Below, piece after piece: positions 13,220 to 25,942 of a stretch of 64,000 nt of DNA; within the stretch, counting starts at the first letter, position 1, and each line of letters begins with the position of its first letter. Under the pieces are notes generated by a model that worked only from the letters and a program-made list of their open reading frames with translations, was not told the DNA's origin and did no database searches. This stretch comes from Callorhinchus milii (lineage: Eukaryota). Both the position numbers and the translations under genes were made by a program. Where the stretch lies: assembly GCF_018977255.1 (NCBI RefSeq), contig NW_024704743.1, positions 62,188,001 through 62,252,000 of the forward strand. The letters are read 5' to 3'.

Positions 13220-13612
13220 ATAATCCTTGCATTTGATTTAGAGCCTGTAACACTGAAACGGCTTGAGAGACAATTACTTTCAGATGAAGTGACTGTTTTT
13301 TCACAAGCAAACACAGCAATCAATTTTGTTCAGCAGGTTACACAAACAACAATTAAGCGAATGATCAATTTATCTGGAGGAGGAATATTGGCCGAGACCC
13401 TCGGAGAAATTTCCTTCTCTCTTCAAATAGTATCATGGGATCTTTAGGATCCACCTCAATAAGCATAAATGGACTTCAGTTGAACATCTCATCTGAAGAC
13501 AGTGCAGTGCTCTCCAAACACTACACTGGAACATCAGCCTTGACTGTGAGCTCAACGTCTGATTGCAGTTTGAACCCACAACCTCCAGACTCAGCAGCAA
13601 GAGTGCTGTCAA
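13220..13612 (-). mobile_element. Deu-domain SINE
   Basis: Head, Deu core and tail on the minus strand. Confidence 0.8.
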
Positions 13613-14364
13613 CTAATAATAATAATCCTTGAATTTGATATAGTGCTTTTCACATCTTCTAGATGTCTCAAGGCGCTTCAGAGAATATACTGCAAAATGA
13701 ATTAACTGTATATTTGTGGGTGAAATAATAATAATAATAATATATTAATATTACAAGCTGAAAGTTGCAGAATTGGAGCATAGTGAGTTGTGTGAGTCAT
13801 TCAATCTGGCTGTGGAACCATCCTCCACACTGCAAATCCTTTTGTTATATTTATTTAATAAATGTTCAAACTCATTTGATTAAATATGGTTTCAAAAGCT
13901 GCAGTATAAGATCCCTGAATTTTTGTTTCACCATTCTTTTAATTATTTTCGTAGTTCCCAGTGTGAATTGTAAAGGCAGCTTTATATGTAATTAATTCAT
14001 ACTCTCAGGAGCCTGAGTTTGGGATTACCCAAGGCAATTTAATTTGAAGTCTAACAAGCCATCACATCAGACTGGGTTGATTCTGAATCCTAATAGTAAA
14101 ATTATTGGCACCTATCGTTAAGTTACAGTGTGACAGACTGTGTCTTTGCTCACCTCTAAATTCCTCCACTTCTTGCTTTCTGCCCACAGCAACATTATTA
14201 AGCACATTGGGAATTTTGTCTTGGCGAAAGGGCCAGAACGTATCAATATTGTCAGGGTAGTACAATAGAGTTACAAAGTGCTCTTATGTCTCCAATGTTT
14301 GTCGAGTCATAACAAAAAACAGAACAAAGGTGTAGGAAAGAAAAATGTTCTCAAACTCTGCAGA

Positions 14365-14523
14365 AAATTCTCATTAGGGAATTGGATAGGTACTTGAAAA
14401 GGAAAATATTTGCAGGGCTATAGGGTAAGAGTGGAGGAGTGTGACTAGTTGGATAGCTCTTTCAAAGAGCTGGCACAGACATGATGGGCCGAATGGCCTC
14501 CCTCTATGCGGTAAGATACTATG
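14365..14523 (+). mobile_element. CR1 3'UTR
   Basis: GGAATTGGATAGGTACTTG..GATGGGCCGAATGGCCTCC terminal motif. Confidence 0.8.
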
Positions 14524-15554
14524 AAAATAATACTGTAATATTCTACATTAGTACATTTCAATATTAAAATCTCTTTTGAGTCAAGGAGAGTATCAGCATC
14601 AATATCTGCTTTTGGAAGCTTCTTAAATCAGTTTAAAAAACACACATATTCAATTTTTTCATGTAATCCTCCTGGGTAATCTGATCTACAAATTTGATTT
14701 TTATTCCAGTGATTTTAAAGAAATGTATTATTTATTAAAAGGGGGTTGGCAAACCTGTGTTTGCTTGCAGACTACTCAGATATAATGATGGTGATCACGC
14801 AATTCATGTCAAAACAAGTATTGCTTTGCGAAAGCATAATTTCACTGCGCGTGCACAATGCCTTGGAGATGATAGTGGAGTGCAGCTGTTCAGCTGTTCT
14901 CTGTTCATGATATACCAACAAAATGTCTAGAAAAGAGATCACAAATAAAGATACAGTTATTGCATTTATCGTGATAACAGGCAGGCACTTCACATTCCAA
15001 CAACTCTGAGTGAAAACATTTTACCTAGGTTTTTGTTCTCCTTTTGCTTTTCTTGTGGCTGTCAGTCAATTCACTTTGTGAAGCGCTTTGAGACGTGATA
15101 AGGTGCTATTTCATTATTATTATTATAGCTGTCACAGTCACTGACTCCCCTACCAGTGGAAATAGCTTCTCCCTCTTTATCCTGTCAAAACGCCTCATAC
15201 GTTTGTACACCTCTATCGTCCCCTCTCATGATTCTCTGCTCCAATGAAAACAGACCGAGTTTCTCCAATCTCTCCTCAGAATTATAGCTGCTCAGCCCTG
15301 GTACCATTCTTGTAAATCTCGTCTGCACCTGGTTCTTTTTAAGATCTGCAGGAATCAGCTTCTAAATAATTCTGCATAATTTTAAACTTTAAGACAAAAT
15401 GATCTTAAAGGCAAAGAAAAGGAAGAATTTCAGCCTTATAATATTTTTCTGCTCACCTTTTTCTCTACCATACCTTATTGTAAGACCAGCATATCTACTG
15501 CATATGAGAAGCATAATTCTTGGGGAGAAATTAATCCTGATAAAATATACTGTA

Positions 15555-15862
15555 CCTTACATTTAGTGTAGTGCCTTTCACATCGGGAAGACCTCTCAAA
15601 GCACGTCACAGAATAATGTAAAGTGGAGTAAATATGTGTTTTGTAGTGAACGTGGCAGCCAATTTATACTCAGCAATGCCTCACAAACAGCCATAAAATG
15701 AATAGCCACTTTTATTTGGGTGTTTGTTGCCCAAGTCACTGAAACTCCCTTTTCCTTCCAAATAGTGCCATGAAAGTCTACCTGAGCAGGAGATGGGACC
15801 TTGGTTTAACGTCTCATCTGAAGGACAGCACCTCCAACAATGCAGCATTCTCCCAGCACCAC
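15555..15862 (-). mobile_element. Deu-domain SINE truncated by a CR1
   Basis: Tail and Deu core on the minus strand, abutting the CR1. Confidence 0.75.
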
Positions 15863-16280
15863 AGGAGAGACTAGAGAAGCAGGGATTGTTCTCCTTAGAG
15901 CAGAGAAGATTAAGGGGAGATTTAATAGAGTTGTTCAAAATTATGAGAGGTTTTAATAGAGAAGATAGGGAGAAATTATTTCCACTGGCCAATGTGTCAG
16001 TAACCAGGGCACATAGATTTAAGATAATTGGCAAAAGAATCAGTGGGGAGATGAGGAGAATTTTTTTTACACAAAGAGCTGTTACTGTCTAGAATGCACT
16101 ACCTCAAAGGGTGGTTGGAACAGATTCAATAACAACTTTCAAAAAGGAATTAGATTGGTATTTGAAAAGGAAAAACTTGCAGGGATATGGGAGTGGGACT
16201 GATGAGTAGCTCCTCCAAAAAGCTGGCACAGGCACAACAAGCTGAATGGCCTCCTTCTGTGCTGTAATATTCTATGATTC
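15863..16280 (+). mobile_element. CR1 LINE 3' end
   Basis: ERLEKQGLFSLEQRRLRGDLIELFKIMRG..TRAHRFK..FFTQRAV, then 3'UTR and ATTCTATGATTC tail. Confidence 0.95.
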
Positions 16281-17245
16281 AACTTCGAAGTTGGTTTTCT
16301 GTTAAAGGATCCTACAGTCAAAGTTCTTCAAAATTAGCTTAAAAATCGAGCTGTATTTAGCAATTTTACAAATCCTGACTTTGGGAATGTTACATAAATA
16401 GATTAAATGTAGAGTTAGGTAGAAATTCTCACATTTGTATATTAATCAAGACAGGGATTGAGGCGTCTAGTGAAGAAACTCTGCTGCTACATCTAATGGA
16501 TGACCCACAACAGAATAATTCTTGTATCACAATAATGTTCAGACAAGTTTTTGCAAGTACCTACAGAATCATGAACTGTAATACTCCTACTCAAATATCA
16601 TAAGAGCATTTCAAAACTAAGATGATGTGTGCCGGCAAGTACTGCTCAGGGCCATCTTCCCCAAGTAGGTTTTGTCTGCAAACACATTAATGATATAGTC
16701 CATTCAATTCAGTATGCCATGCTAGGTTTGGATAGTTAAACTATAATTGTATTACTTCAAACGCTCTGCCATGGAGACTGTATCAATGAGCAGTCTGTTA
16801 TTATAAGCTACTCGTATTATTAACAAACTCAGATACATTTTCATACCTATCATTATAATAAGTTACAACCCCTAAGGTAAGAAAAATCAGCATATTTAAA
16901 CAGGGCAGTACCCAAACCCACACAAAGTATAAGCATCGACATACCATATGCTATAAATTGTTGTAGCTCTTGGCTATGTAGAGAATTAAATTCTTTCTGA
17001 GATTGTTGATACCTGTGTATGATAAATCTGGCTGTGGGGTTAGTGAGACCAGCAGTGAACTCTGATATATTGGAAACTAGTCTGAAAGTACAGAATACAT
17101 TGTGTACACTTGACCTAGATTAAGTTTTAATTTCTATTTGGATACATTTTTTGATGTGGTGAAAAGATAACATTTTAGTGGAATTGTACAAATATCATCA
17201 TTTCCTTTTCTAATTTTCAATTTTTTTTCCCCTCTTCCTTTTAAG

Positions 17246-17331
17246 GTTCTTTTATGGACCCACGTTGGACCAGTGACCGGTTTCCAGACTTATCTAAAGC
17301 ATGGCATGGGTTTCTGCAGAAAACCGGCTGA
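17246..17331 (+). other. Candidate terminal coding exon (unverified)
   Basis: Strong polypyrimidine tract + AG ending at 17245; frame SFMDPRWTSDRFPDLSKAWHGFLQKTG* (TGA 17329-17331); AATAAA at 17522. Peptide not recognised. Confidence 0.25.
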
Positions 17332-18159
17332 CCAAAACAAAACACATGCAAAAGTGACCCAGGATTATTTCGCCTCCAGGTTTTCTTTCCTTGCTGTGGG
17401 GAAGGCACCTGCCCTCTCGTGTCACCTGAAGATCCCCAAACCCTATAAGAAACCACAGGATTCTAATACTCCAAGCTGTGCCATCTTCTTTACATAATTT
17501 GAATATGTGAATATTGTGTAAATAAAATATTGATCTAAAAAAATCAATTTGATTGCTGTTGTATTGGAATCATCAATCTGTGAGGGTTTCATCCAATTGT
17601 ACTAGAATCTGACAACCACAGATAATAGAACCTTTGTCGGTCTGCCAGATGAAAGGACTATTTGACAGCAAGCAATGCTCCATTGGGGAAAGAAAACCAG
17701 ACTGGGTGATTGTAGGCAGATTGGCATTCAGTTCTGGAATGGTACTGGAGGAATCAGCAGCATTAATCTCACATTGAGCAAGATAGAGATAGCTGAAAGG
17801 AGGAAAATTCCAGTGTATTCTCTGTGCTAGTTCAAGAGCTAATTTCAATCAAATCTAAAAGATTAACCAGACTAAAACACAAATACATTGAAATAGGTTC
17901 ATCTATCCAACAAATCTCAATAACAAAAGAAAAAAGAACTTGCATTTTTGAAGTACCGCTAAGATGAATACACTTGACACGAATAACCGTAGTGCAGTGA
18001 AGTTCTTTGTAAGTAAACTCTCTCACTATTTTAAGCACAATAAAATCACATGAACAGATATAATTTGAAGGATAATAACACTGGGAAAAATTCTCTTCAT
18101 CCTCCCCTCCAACTCCAAATATGAGGAGCTGATAGACTTCCTCGGGTCTAAAATAAAAT

Positions 18160-19033
18160 CGATTGGGACTTGGAACTCATATTGTCTAAGGTATCACTCC
18201 ATTGCAGTGCTGGGGGTGTGCTGCATTGCTGGAGGTGATGCTTCAGCTGTATAGAGCCTTAATCAGACCCGATCTGGAGTACTGTGTTCAGTTTTGGGCA
18301 CTGTACCTCAGAGAGGATATATTGGCCCTGTAAGGAGTGCGCCACAGACTTACCAGAATGTTACCAGGGCTTAAAGGGTTAAATTATGACGACAGGTTGT
18401 ATAAACTTGGTCTGTATTCCCTTGAGTTCAGAAGGTTGAGGGGTGATCTGATTGAGGTTTTTAAAATAATAAAGGGGTTCGATACAAAGAAACTATTTCC
18501 TCTGGTGGGGAATCCAGAACAAGGGGCATAATCTTAAAATTAGAGCTAAGCCATTTAGGAGTGAAATCAGGAGGCAGTTTTTCTGACAAAGGATAGTGGA
18601 AATCAGGAACTCTTTCACATTTTCAAGACTGAGGTGGATAGATATCTGTTAGATCAGGGTATTAAGGGATATGGGGCAATGGCAGGTAATTGGAGTTGAG
18701 GTACAGATTAGCCATGATCTTATAGAATGGCAGAACAGCCTCAAGGGGCTGAATGGTTTACTTATGTTCTTATGCCCTTCAGATGAGATTTTAAACTAAA
18801 TCTCTTTCTGCCTGTTCAGGTTAAAGATCCCATGGCATTATTAGAAGGGTGTTTCTCCTGATGTCCTGGCCAACAACCGCCCAAATAAAATTGGTCATTG
18901 ACTTCATGGCTGCTTGTGGGACATGGCTGTGTACAAATTGACTGCTGTGTATACCCACAAAATGCACAGTTACTACACTTTACAGGATATCTTGTGAAGC
19001 GCTTTGGGACATCTTTCCGATATAAAAGGATTT
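18160..19033 (+). mobile_element. Deu-SINE interrupted by a CR1
   Basis: The Deu core breaks after GGAGGTGATGCTTCAG and resumes CCTTCAGATGAG at ~18776. Confidence 0.75.
18247..18774 (+). mobile_element. CR1 LINE 3' end
   Basis: LYRALIRPDLEYCVQFW; RLYKLGLYSLEFRRLRGDLIEVFKIIKG; TATGTTCTTATG tail. Confidence 0.95.
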
Positions 19034-19900
19034 CAAATGTAAAGATTATTATTTTACAGATGAGACATTAACTTCATAGCTATTTATGTAACATCCTATC
19101 TAGTGAAACAACATTTGTTTTGGCTTCCAACAACCCAAACCATTAAAGCCACTATAATCAGTTGATGAGGGAATCAGGAGAGGTTTACACTATCACAAAG
19201 GTATGATCTGTTGCTTTCAACAACCACTGAATAATAAAACAAGATTGCAAAGAAAATAAATAATTACCGATAAAATTAACATTCAGCCTGAATCTATTCA
19301 CAGGTTTAAAATAAATGTCCCCAAAGATTCAACTAGAAAACAACACTGATGTTCAATTTCCTCTGTTCTAATTAACACTTTGTCAATTTCAGGTTAGTTT
19401 TGTCAATTTACAAGCAAAGATTCCTGTGAAGTTTGGATGATTATAAAGCAACAAGAGGCATAATTCTGTCAATCACTTATTATAATAAACTAGAAATACA
19501 TTTATGTTTACATAAAAAGCCAAGACACAATGATTGAAACGTAATGCATGCCCCTGAACAAGGCATCACTAAAACACAAATCCTAGCAGCTCATATTGAT
19601 TTCACTCGGGGAAGGAGGTTATCTCATTAAGAAAGGATGAACTTGCATTTTTGTAGCACCTTATCAGGTTGAAACATCTTGAACTACTTCACAAGTAATT
19701 AGTGTCAAGTGTAGTAATTGTTTCTGGTCAGCTATTGGCAACAACAGGGTCTCCATGAACAGCCATTGAATGAGTGACCATTAATTTGGAGAATTGTTGG
19801 CCTGGACAATTTTTTGGTCGACTGGGTGTCTGACATGTGGAAGCCGATCACCATGCTTAACTGTATCCAAACCAGATTGAGAGTTCCACATATGGGAATT

Positions 19901-20120
19901 TAGGAATACAGAAACAGAAGTAGACCATTCAGTCCCTCGAGCCAGTTCCGCCACTTTATTAGATCATGGCTGATCTGTACCGCAACTCCATTTACCTGCC
20001 TTTTCCACCCTTACCTAATAAATACCTAGCAACCTCAGTCTGGAAAATTCCAATTGCCCCAGCATCCACAGCCTTTTAGGAGAGAGAATTCCAGATTTCC
20101 ACAACTGTTTGTGTGAAAAA
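19901..20120 (-). mobile_element. CR1 3' end
   Basis: Reverse complement of the 3'UTR seen at 18600-18770. Confidence 0.85.
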
Positions 20121-21170
20121 GCATGCATGCATGTTAAGCATGGTGATGGGCTTTCATATGTGTCAGACATCCAGCTGATCAAAAAATTGTTGGTTGTCCA
20201 GGCCAATAAACCTCCACATTTCCATGTATATGGAATGGAATGCACATTCTATCTCCCCAAAGGGACACACCCTGGTTAAGTAATACTGGAAAGAATTAGG
20301 TGCAGGTTGGCGAGAACCAAGGCATAGCAACCAGAGAGTGTGCGTTACGGTACTGCTGGAATGTAATAAAACCACATAACTTGCTATTGGGAACAAGGCC
20401 CAACCTACCTTTTAGAGCTTTGACCAAGTTTAACCAGAGCTGAGTGAGAAGAATCCATTGAGAAGCTTGAACTCACTATCTTGAGACCCAGAATCCCACC
20501 AACTGAGCCATGCTGACACTTTTAATAAGGAAGGAGTTTATCTTATTAATTATAACAGAACTGCCTGTTGGGGTATTTTTTACTCTTGGTGTGAAGCTGT
20601 GTCATTTATTGGCATAATCTTTGTCTCATTGACATCTTTTCAACAAGAACCTGACAGAAAAAGATGCTGATACCTTGGAGAGTGCATGTTCTTAGCACAG
20701 ACCCAGCAATATAACAAGCCTCAAAAGATGATTGAGACAAAGGATCAATTATTTAATGTCAAATACATTGCAAAATGACACATTGTTCAGATTGACAGCT
20801 CATATCATACTGATAATTTTACATCCTATTACCAAAAAAGAATATATTTTTTTTCAGTAAACAATCAAGAGGTGGATACAGTTTGCCACCAAATTTGTAT
20901 TTTCCTGCGTGAAAGTGTAGCGCTTGGCAATATTAAGGTGACAAACAGCAACCAATACTTTGGCGGCTTGATTTCAGGTAGCAAACATTTCTTTCAGAGA
21001 ATGACTGGGTCTCAGCAGTAGCTGGATTCTGGAGTGGGATATTGTCTGTAAGACCTGAGGGCAGAAATGTCTGTCATACGCTACATGTTATTCCACAAGC
21101 CACTGAGGCAAATCCAAGTTCTGAGAACCACTGGCAATTCACAGCTTCACTGAACAGAACCCAAACTATT

Positions 21171-21440
21171 GGGGAAAAATTTCATTGGGGTCTGAATTCA
21201 TTGTATTCATGTTGCATTTTAGAGCATCCAGAATTTGGCCAATTGTTGAATTTAGTCTTAAATTTGAACTCGTTTTTCTGTAAAAGAATGATTCTAATGT
21301 AAAAGAATGTAAAAGTTTGAAGAAGAATGTAGAGAAAACCACTTTCAAAATTAAGACTGTTTTTAAGAATTTGCAAAATTCTGGAAATCTAAAATACTAT
21401 GTAAATAGAGTAAATTTAGACTCAGATAGAATTTCTCCCC
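21171..21440. mobile_element. Palindromic MITE, PIF/Harbinger-like
   Basis: Imperfect TIRs GGGGAAAAATTTCATTGGGGTCTGAATT vs AATTTAGACTCAGATAGAATTTCTCCCC; interior also self-complementary. Related pieces near 5600-5900, 15330-15540, 16320-16430 and 57980-58080. Confidence 0.6.
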
Positions 21441-21534
21441 ATATGATTTAGTGCCGTCACATAGTAGTCTGTTGTCAGTGCCATGTACCTTCCCCTACTT
21501 ATCTATTGTCCTATATAATCAATGGACATTCAGC

Positions 21535-21760
21535 ACTTAGAAGGATGAGCTATGAGGAATACCAAGATAAACTAGCACTCTGTAGCTTCTAAAAGAGATG
21601 TCTCATAGGGAACCCCACAAAGATCTCTAAAGTGCTAAATGGGATTGAGAAATACACCAAGGCAGTGAGACAAGAGGTTATGTTCATGGTTGTGGAGGAC
21701 AATTTTAGAACAGATACCAAGAAGTATCTCTTAACCTGGAGGTTAATTAGCAAGCTAGAA
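21535..21760 (+). mobile_element. Old CR1 fragment
   Basis: Decayed MSYEE..KL.L.S..KR and TRG motifs. Confidence 0.55.
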
Positions 21761-21779
21761 TCAACAGTTTATTACTTAT

Positions 21780-21980
21780 CGCAAAATGCTGCAGAAGGTG
21801 GAAAGCTGAAACAAAAACAGAAGTCGCTGAGAGCACTCAGCAGGTCAGGCAGCATCTATGGAGAAAGGAGAGTGAGTTCTGACGAAGGGTCATGGACCCG
21901 AAACGTTGACTCACTTTCCTTTCTCCATAGATGCTGCCTGACCTGCTGAGTGTTCCCAGCGACTTCCGTTTTTGTTTCGA
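21780..21980 (+). mobile_element. Non-autonomous fold-back element, probably Penelope-derived
   Basis: 12-bp TSD TTTATTACTTAT (21768-21779, 21981-21992); 71-bp inverted arms 21808-21878 and 21908-21978. Confidence 0.85.
21872..21914 (+). ncRNA. Minimal type I hammerhead ribozyme motif
   Basis: GTGAGTT-CTGACGA-A-GGGTC-ATG-GACCC-GAAA-CGTT-GACTCAC: intact CUGANGA and GAAA core, 5-bp helix II, palindromic ACGT helix III, GUU triplet. Confidence 0.8.
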
Positions 21981-24049
21981 TTTATTACTTATAGTGTTCA
22001 GTGTTAATAATTAACAGTGTCTGTTAATAATGGATATAGCAATCTGAAGCACTTAAACTTGTAACAATCAAAAGATTCTTTGCAGTCATCTTGGTTTTGT
22101 TGACGGCAGAGTACACCTTCGTGAAGATGACTTATTTTGCATATGCAACCCACAACTGATTATACAGCTCTGTCCCCTTCCCACTGACCTTTTAGTACAA
22201 AATGAGCAGTTAAGATCGTAAGGTACGTAAAGCAGGATTCACTTCAATTGTACCGAGAAACTGCTGTATCAATTGGTAGGAAGAAACTAGCTAATTAAAA
22301 AAAACTATAGAATTCTATCGAGCAGACACCTCAGCAATGAACATTTGAAGTCTACTTGACCCAGCATTAGTGTATTCTACATATCCAGACCTAGTGCTAC
22401 TTACATCAAAATATTTCTCCCAATCCTGTTTACCTTACACTTGATTACACTTCACATTGAGGACTGGCAGTACGTTCAGCTGAAATTTGGCAATGATATG
22501 CAGGTCGAAACATAATCTGGGACAAACTAAAATAAAAGAAACACATTACTCCCATGCTGGCTTGCTTCAAAACGTACTGCAGTACGAGTACAAGTTTGGA
22601 TTCTGATTGCCACGCTTCATAATGTGGCGCACAATGCAATGCCATCACATTCTTGTGTGGTACTTTTCCAGGTAATCTCTATATGCACCCTAGAGCTTTC
22701 TGAATGTTACTGGGAATTATTACTATCCTGAAATACACATTCCACATTAAATGCATTCTGACCAGAACTGGATCGAGTCCAATTTCTGGATATTGAAGCC
22801 AATATAATCATGACATTAGTTTGTAGACACGATGATTGATTTATGTAAACAAATAAATTCTTGCAGGACCACTAGATAAAAACACTAAAACTCCATAACA
22901 TTCTCAAGGGAAGAGGATTGAGACGTGATCCAAGATGAGCAATGAAAGAGGAATCCGTCAACATCCCATCAGCATCCTGACCTAAGGAGGAGGTTCTGAG
23001 CAGCAAATATGCATCTGGGGAAAGAAGAAGGACATAGAATGTAAACATGTGGGAATTGCTCCACCTATAAAACTGGGATCACAAATGTTTTATGAATCTA
23101 GCAAAAAATAATAAGTAATTTTCAAACAATTTTTCACATCTTAAAAGTGCTTGCACAACAGATAATTACTTGCTGTCAAAATAGTTTATAATAATTAAAT
23201 ATCCGATCTGCTGGCATTTTTTACTTTTTTTATAACATTATTGAATTTTGTGAACGGGAAATTGAATATGATTGTCAAGGCCTAGAAGTCAACTACAAGG
23301 AAGGTTTATAATTGATACTGAGTAAACATGGCAACCTAGTTTAGCTGGTAGCACACTCACCTCTGGGGAAGAAGGTCACCATAGAGATCAACTTGATTCT
23401 GATATTCCATTGTCAAGCACACAAGCTTGGAGCCAGCTCAGCCCCAATGAGACACAGCTTAGCTCTCTTTCACCCTCTCTACGATAGTTACTAGCTGGCC
23501 ATTAAGCATCTGACAAGCACAGGTTGGAGCTCTCACTGGATAGCATTTACCAGGAACTCCTTGTGAACTTCTTTGTGAGCAGCATGGGTCAGCATGAATT
23601 TCATGAGAGCATTGTGACCATCCTCCTGCCCACAGCCTACACACACATGCCTACTAGTTGGAGGTGCAAAGCATGAGCAGCAGCTATTTACTTCTCTGCA
23701 AACCAATCAAGATGGATACTAAGCCCTGGATACAATGTTCAAGACCTGGTAATGCCTTTGAGCAGTTGCCAAGTCTCAGGGTTGCCTCATTAGCTATTTG
23801 ATGAACATCTGCCTTCAGTTAGTCAACGAACATCTGTCTTAAGCATGGTAAACAAGACTACCATTGAGTGGCAGCCACCTTGATGTTCTGGAGTCCAATC
23901 CACTGATTTCTTTTGTAATGTAAAATGAAATACGGTGATTTATTAAACCCCATTCAGTCATTTTCTAAGTTAGAAAATGAGACGTGCTAAGAGCTGGGTG
24001 CACAGGTGTTGAAAGAAAGTGAGGAAACTGGAATGTAAAGGAAACGGTG

Positions 24050-25690
24050 CAATTGGACAAATAATGAGATATTTAAAGAGATGAAAGTAACAGATGAGGT
24101 GACAAAAGATATAAGGGCCTCAAAACACATAATGCAGACAGAAGGGATTTTAATGCAGATAAAGAGATTGAGAGGATTAGATAGGAATTAAATAAATCTG
24201 GTCGGGAACGGGCAGGGAAAAGGGAAATTGAGAGGAAATGGATTGAGGAGGTAGGAGATTTTGTATAAGATAATGGTGTCAATCATAGTACAAGAGAAAG
24301 CAAGGTCAATTAGTGTGTTTCTTGCTGTTTGCAGTGCTGACTATCATGAAAGCTCTGTTGAAGACATTCTGCTTGGATGAAGTTAATTGAAAAAGAATAG
24401 ATTTTGGTTGTCTCTTGTTCATAGCCCTGAGGGTTTTCCGTTAGTTTGTTCCCAAGACGACCTTTTTTTCCCGTATAATAAAGCAAATGAAAAGTTGTTG
24501 CAACATTCCCTTTTTGTGGGACATGGTTAGAGCCATTCATCCTGGGGTGATGAATGGGCTTTGAATCAGAAGCCTCTGTTCCGCTGAACAATATCTAGAG
24601 AAGAGAAAGGATGGTGCGAATTAAGAGCTGGGTAGCACCCAGAGATCAGTGGTGGGAAGAACAGAAGGCTTGGGTGATGTTGTCTGTCTGGAAAGGGAAA
24701 TCTTTGTGTGACAATAATCCCATGAGTGGAAAGAGTGTTAAGTATAGAAAGCGAATAGAGAGGGAGGTGTTGATGCACAATGTTCACTGCAGGATGGGGA
24801 AGTTACAAAGGTGTGAGTCTGAAAGCTTGTTTCATCATCCCCAGTGGATAATGCCTGCAATTTAAAGGAAATGTATTAATTAAGCTTTAACTTGGATTGC
24901 AAAGTTGGCTTGTCACTGATGAGCCTGGAGGTGGGGGAGAGTCAGAGAAGTTGGCAGTGAATTTGTGATATTTCCCTGGTAAAAATTGTTGTTGAAAAAA
25001 AAATGGGGGAGAATTTGTGTCTCATATACAAAAGTCCTTGATCTAGAACAACAGATGCATTTAATATCCTGAAAAGGATACTTGTGTTCTATACTATGTT
25101 GCTGAAAGTTATAAATAAATAGAGCCTGAGAGAGTCTCTCAGCAAAGTTGTGAATGTATAATTTATAAAAATTATATGAGAATGGCAATGGAAGTTAAAA
25201 AACTGCTCTTCATTCAACAAAGAGGCTGTCAGAACAGTCCCATTTCAGTCCAATTAATGTGTTGTTTAAAAAAAGCGGTTTCAGAGAGAAGAGCAAAGTG
25301 AATTTAAGTATTTGTTCAATCAGCCACAGATGATTGTGAGTTGATGGATTCTGCACTCCCTTGTTTCCGAGAAAATGTTTTGATCAGTCAGTCTAGCCAT
25401 TGCTGTGAACTCGATCAAGTGAAGAGATTTAGCCTAAGTGAGAAATGTGAGGAGAATAGCACTGCTAAACAGGAATTAGTTAAATAATCCAAATATGGTT
25501 AATCGCTTTGAGATAAGTGCTTTGACTGGTGGTCGCAGAAGACAATTATGGTGAAAAATGTTGAGAGGTTGGATAAAGACACATGGAGATAATTTGGTGA
25601 GCAGGATTGCCAATGTAGCTGTTTGGGAGCAGGTTCCAGATGCAAAGTCAACGAGTGTTAATCTCCCACTGTTGGCAAATGTTCTGACCT
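24050..25690 (-). mobile_element. Highly decayed Penelope-like retroelement (RT + GIY-YIG relic)
   Basis: Collinear degenerate motifs on the minus strand: QHINWTEMG (~QxxGxxMG), FYKLYIHNF (~RYIDD), YPFQDI (~LPFLD), TFVYETQ (~TxxYxKPT), NSLPTSL (~SIPYSQ), LYYTGKKGRLGNKLTE (~YIGETxRxLxxRxxEH), then a CT-rich 3' region. Confidence 0.6.
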
Positions 25691-25942
25691 ATGATGGACC
25701 ATTTGATAGCAACCTCTGTTGAGCACAGGTTTGCTTACTGTGGACCTTGCAATACCAGAGGTAGCCTATTTTCTCAAGCTGATCAGCCAATTTCCCATGT
25801 TACGAAATGAGAAGTCAGCTGATCAGCATGGGTTTACGTGCAGCAATGTCCAAACAACAAACAACCATGAAGTGAATTAATTATTTTATTTGGGGAATTG
25901 TTGGCAAGGGCCCCAAGAGAAACTCCCTTCTCTTTTTGAATA

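Noticed and set aside
22432..22514. Minus-strand exon with plausible splice sites
   Set aside because: All three frames contain stops; no other support.
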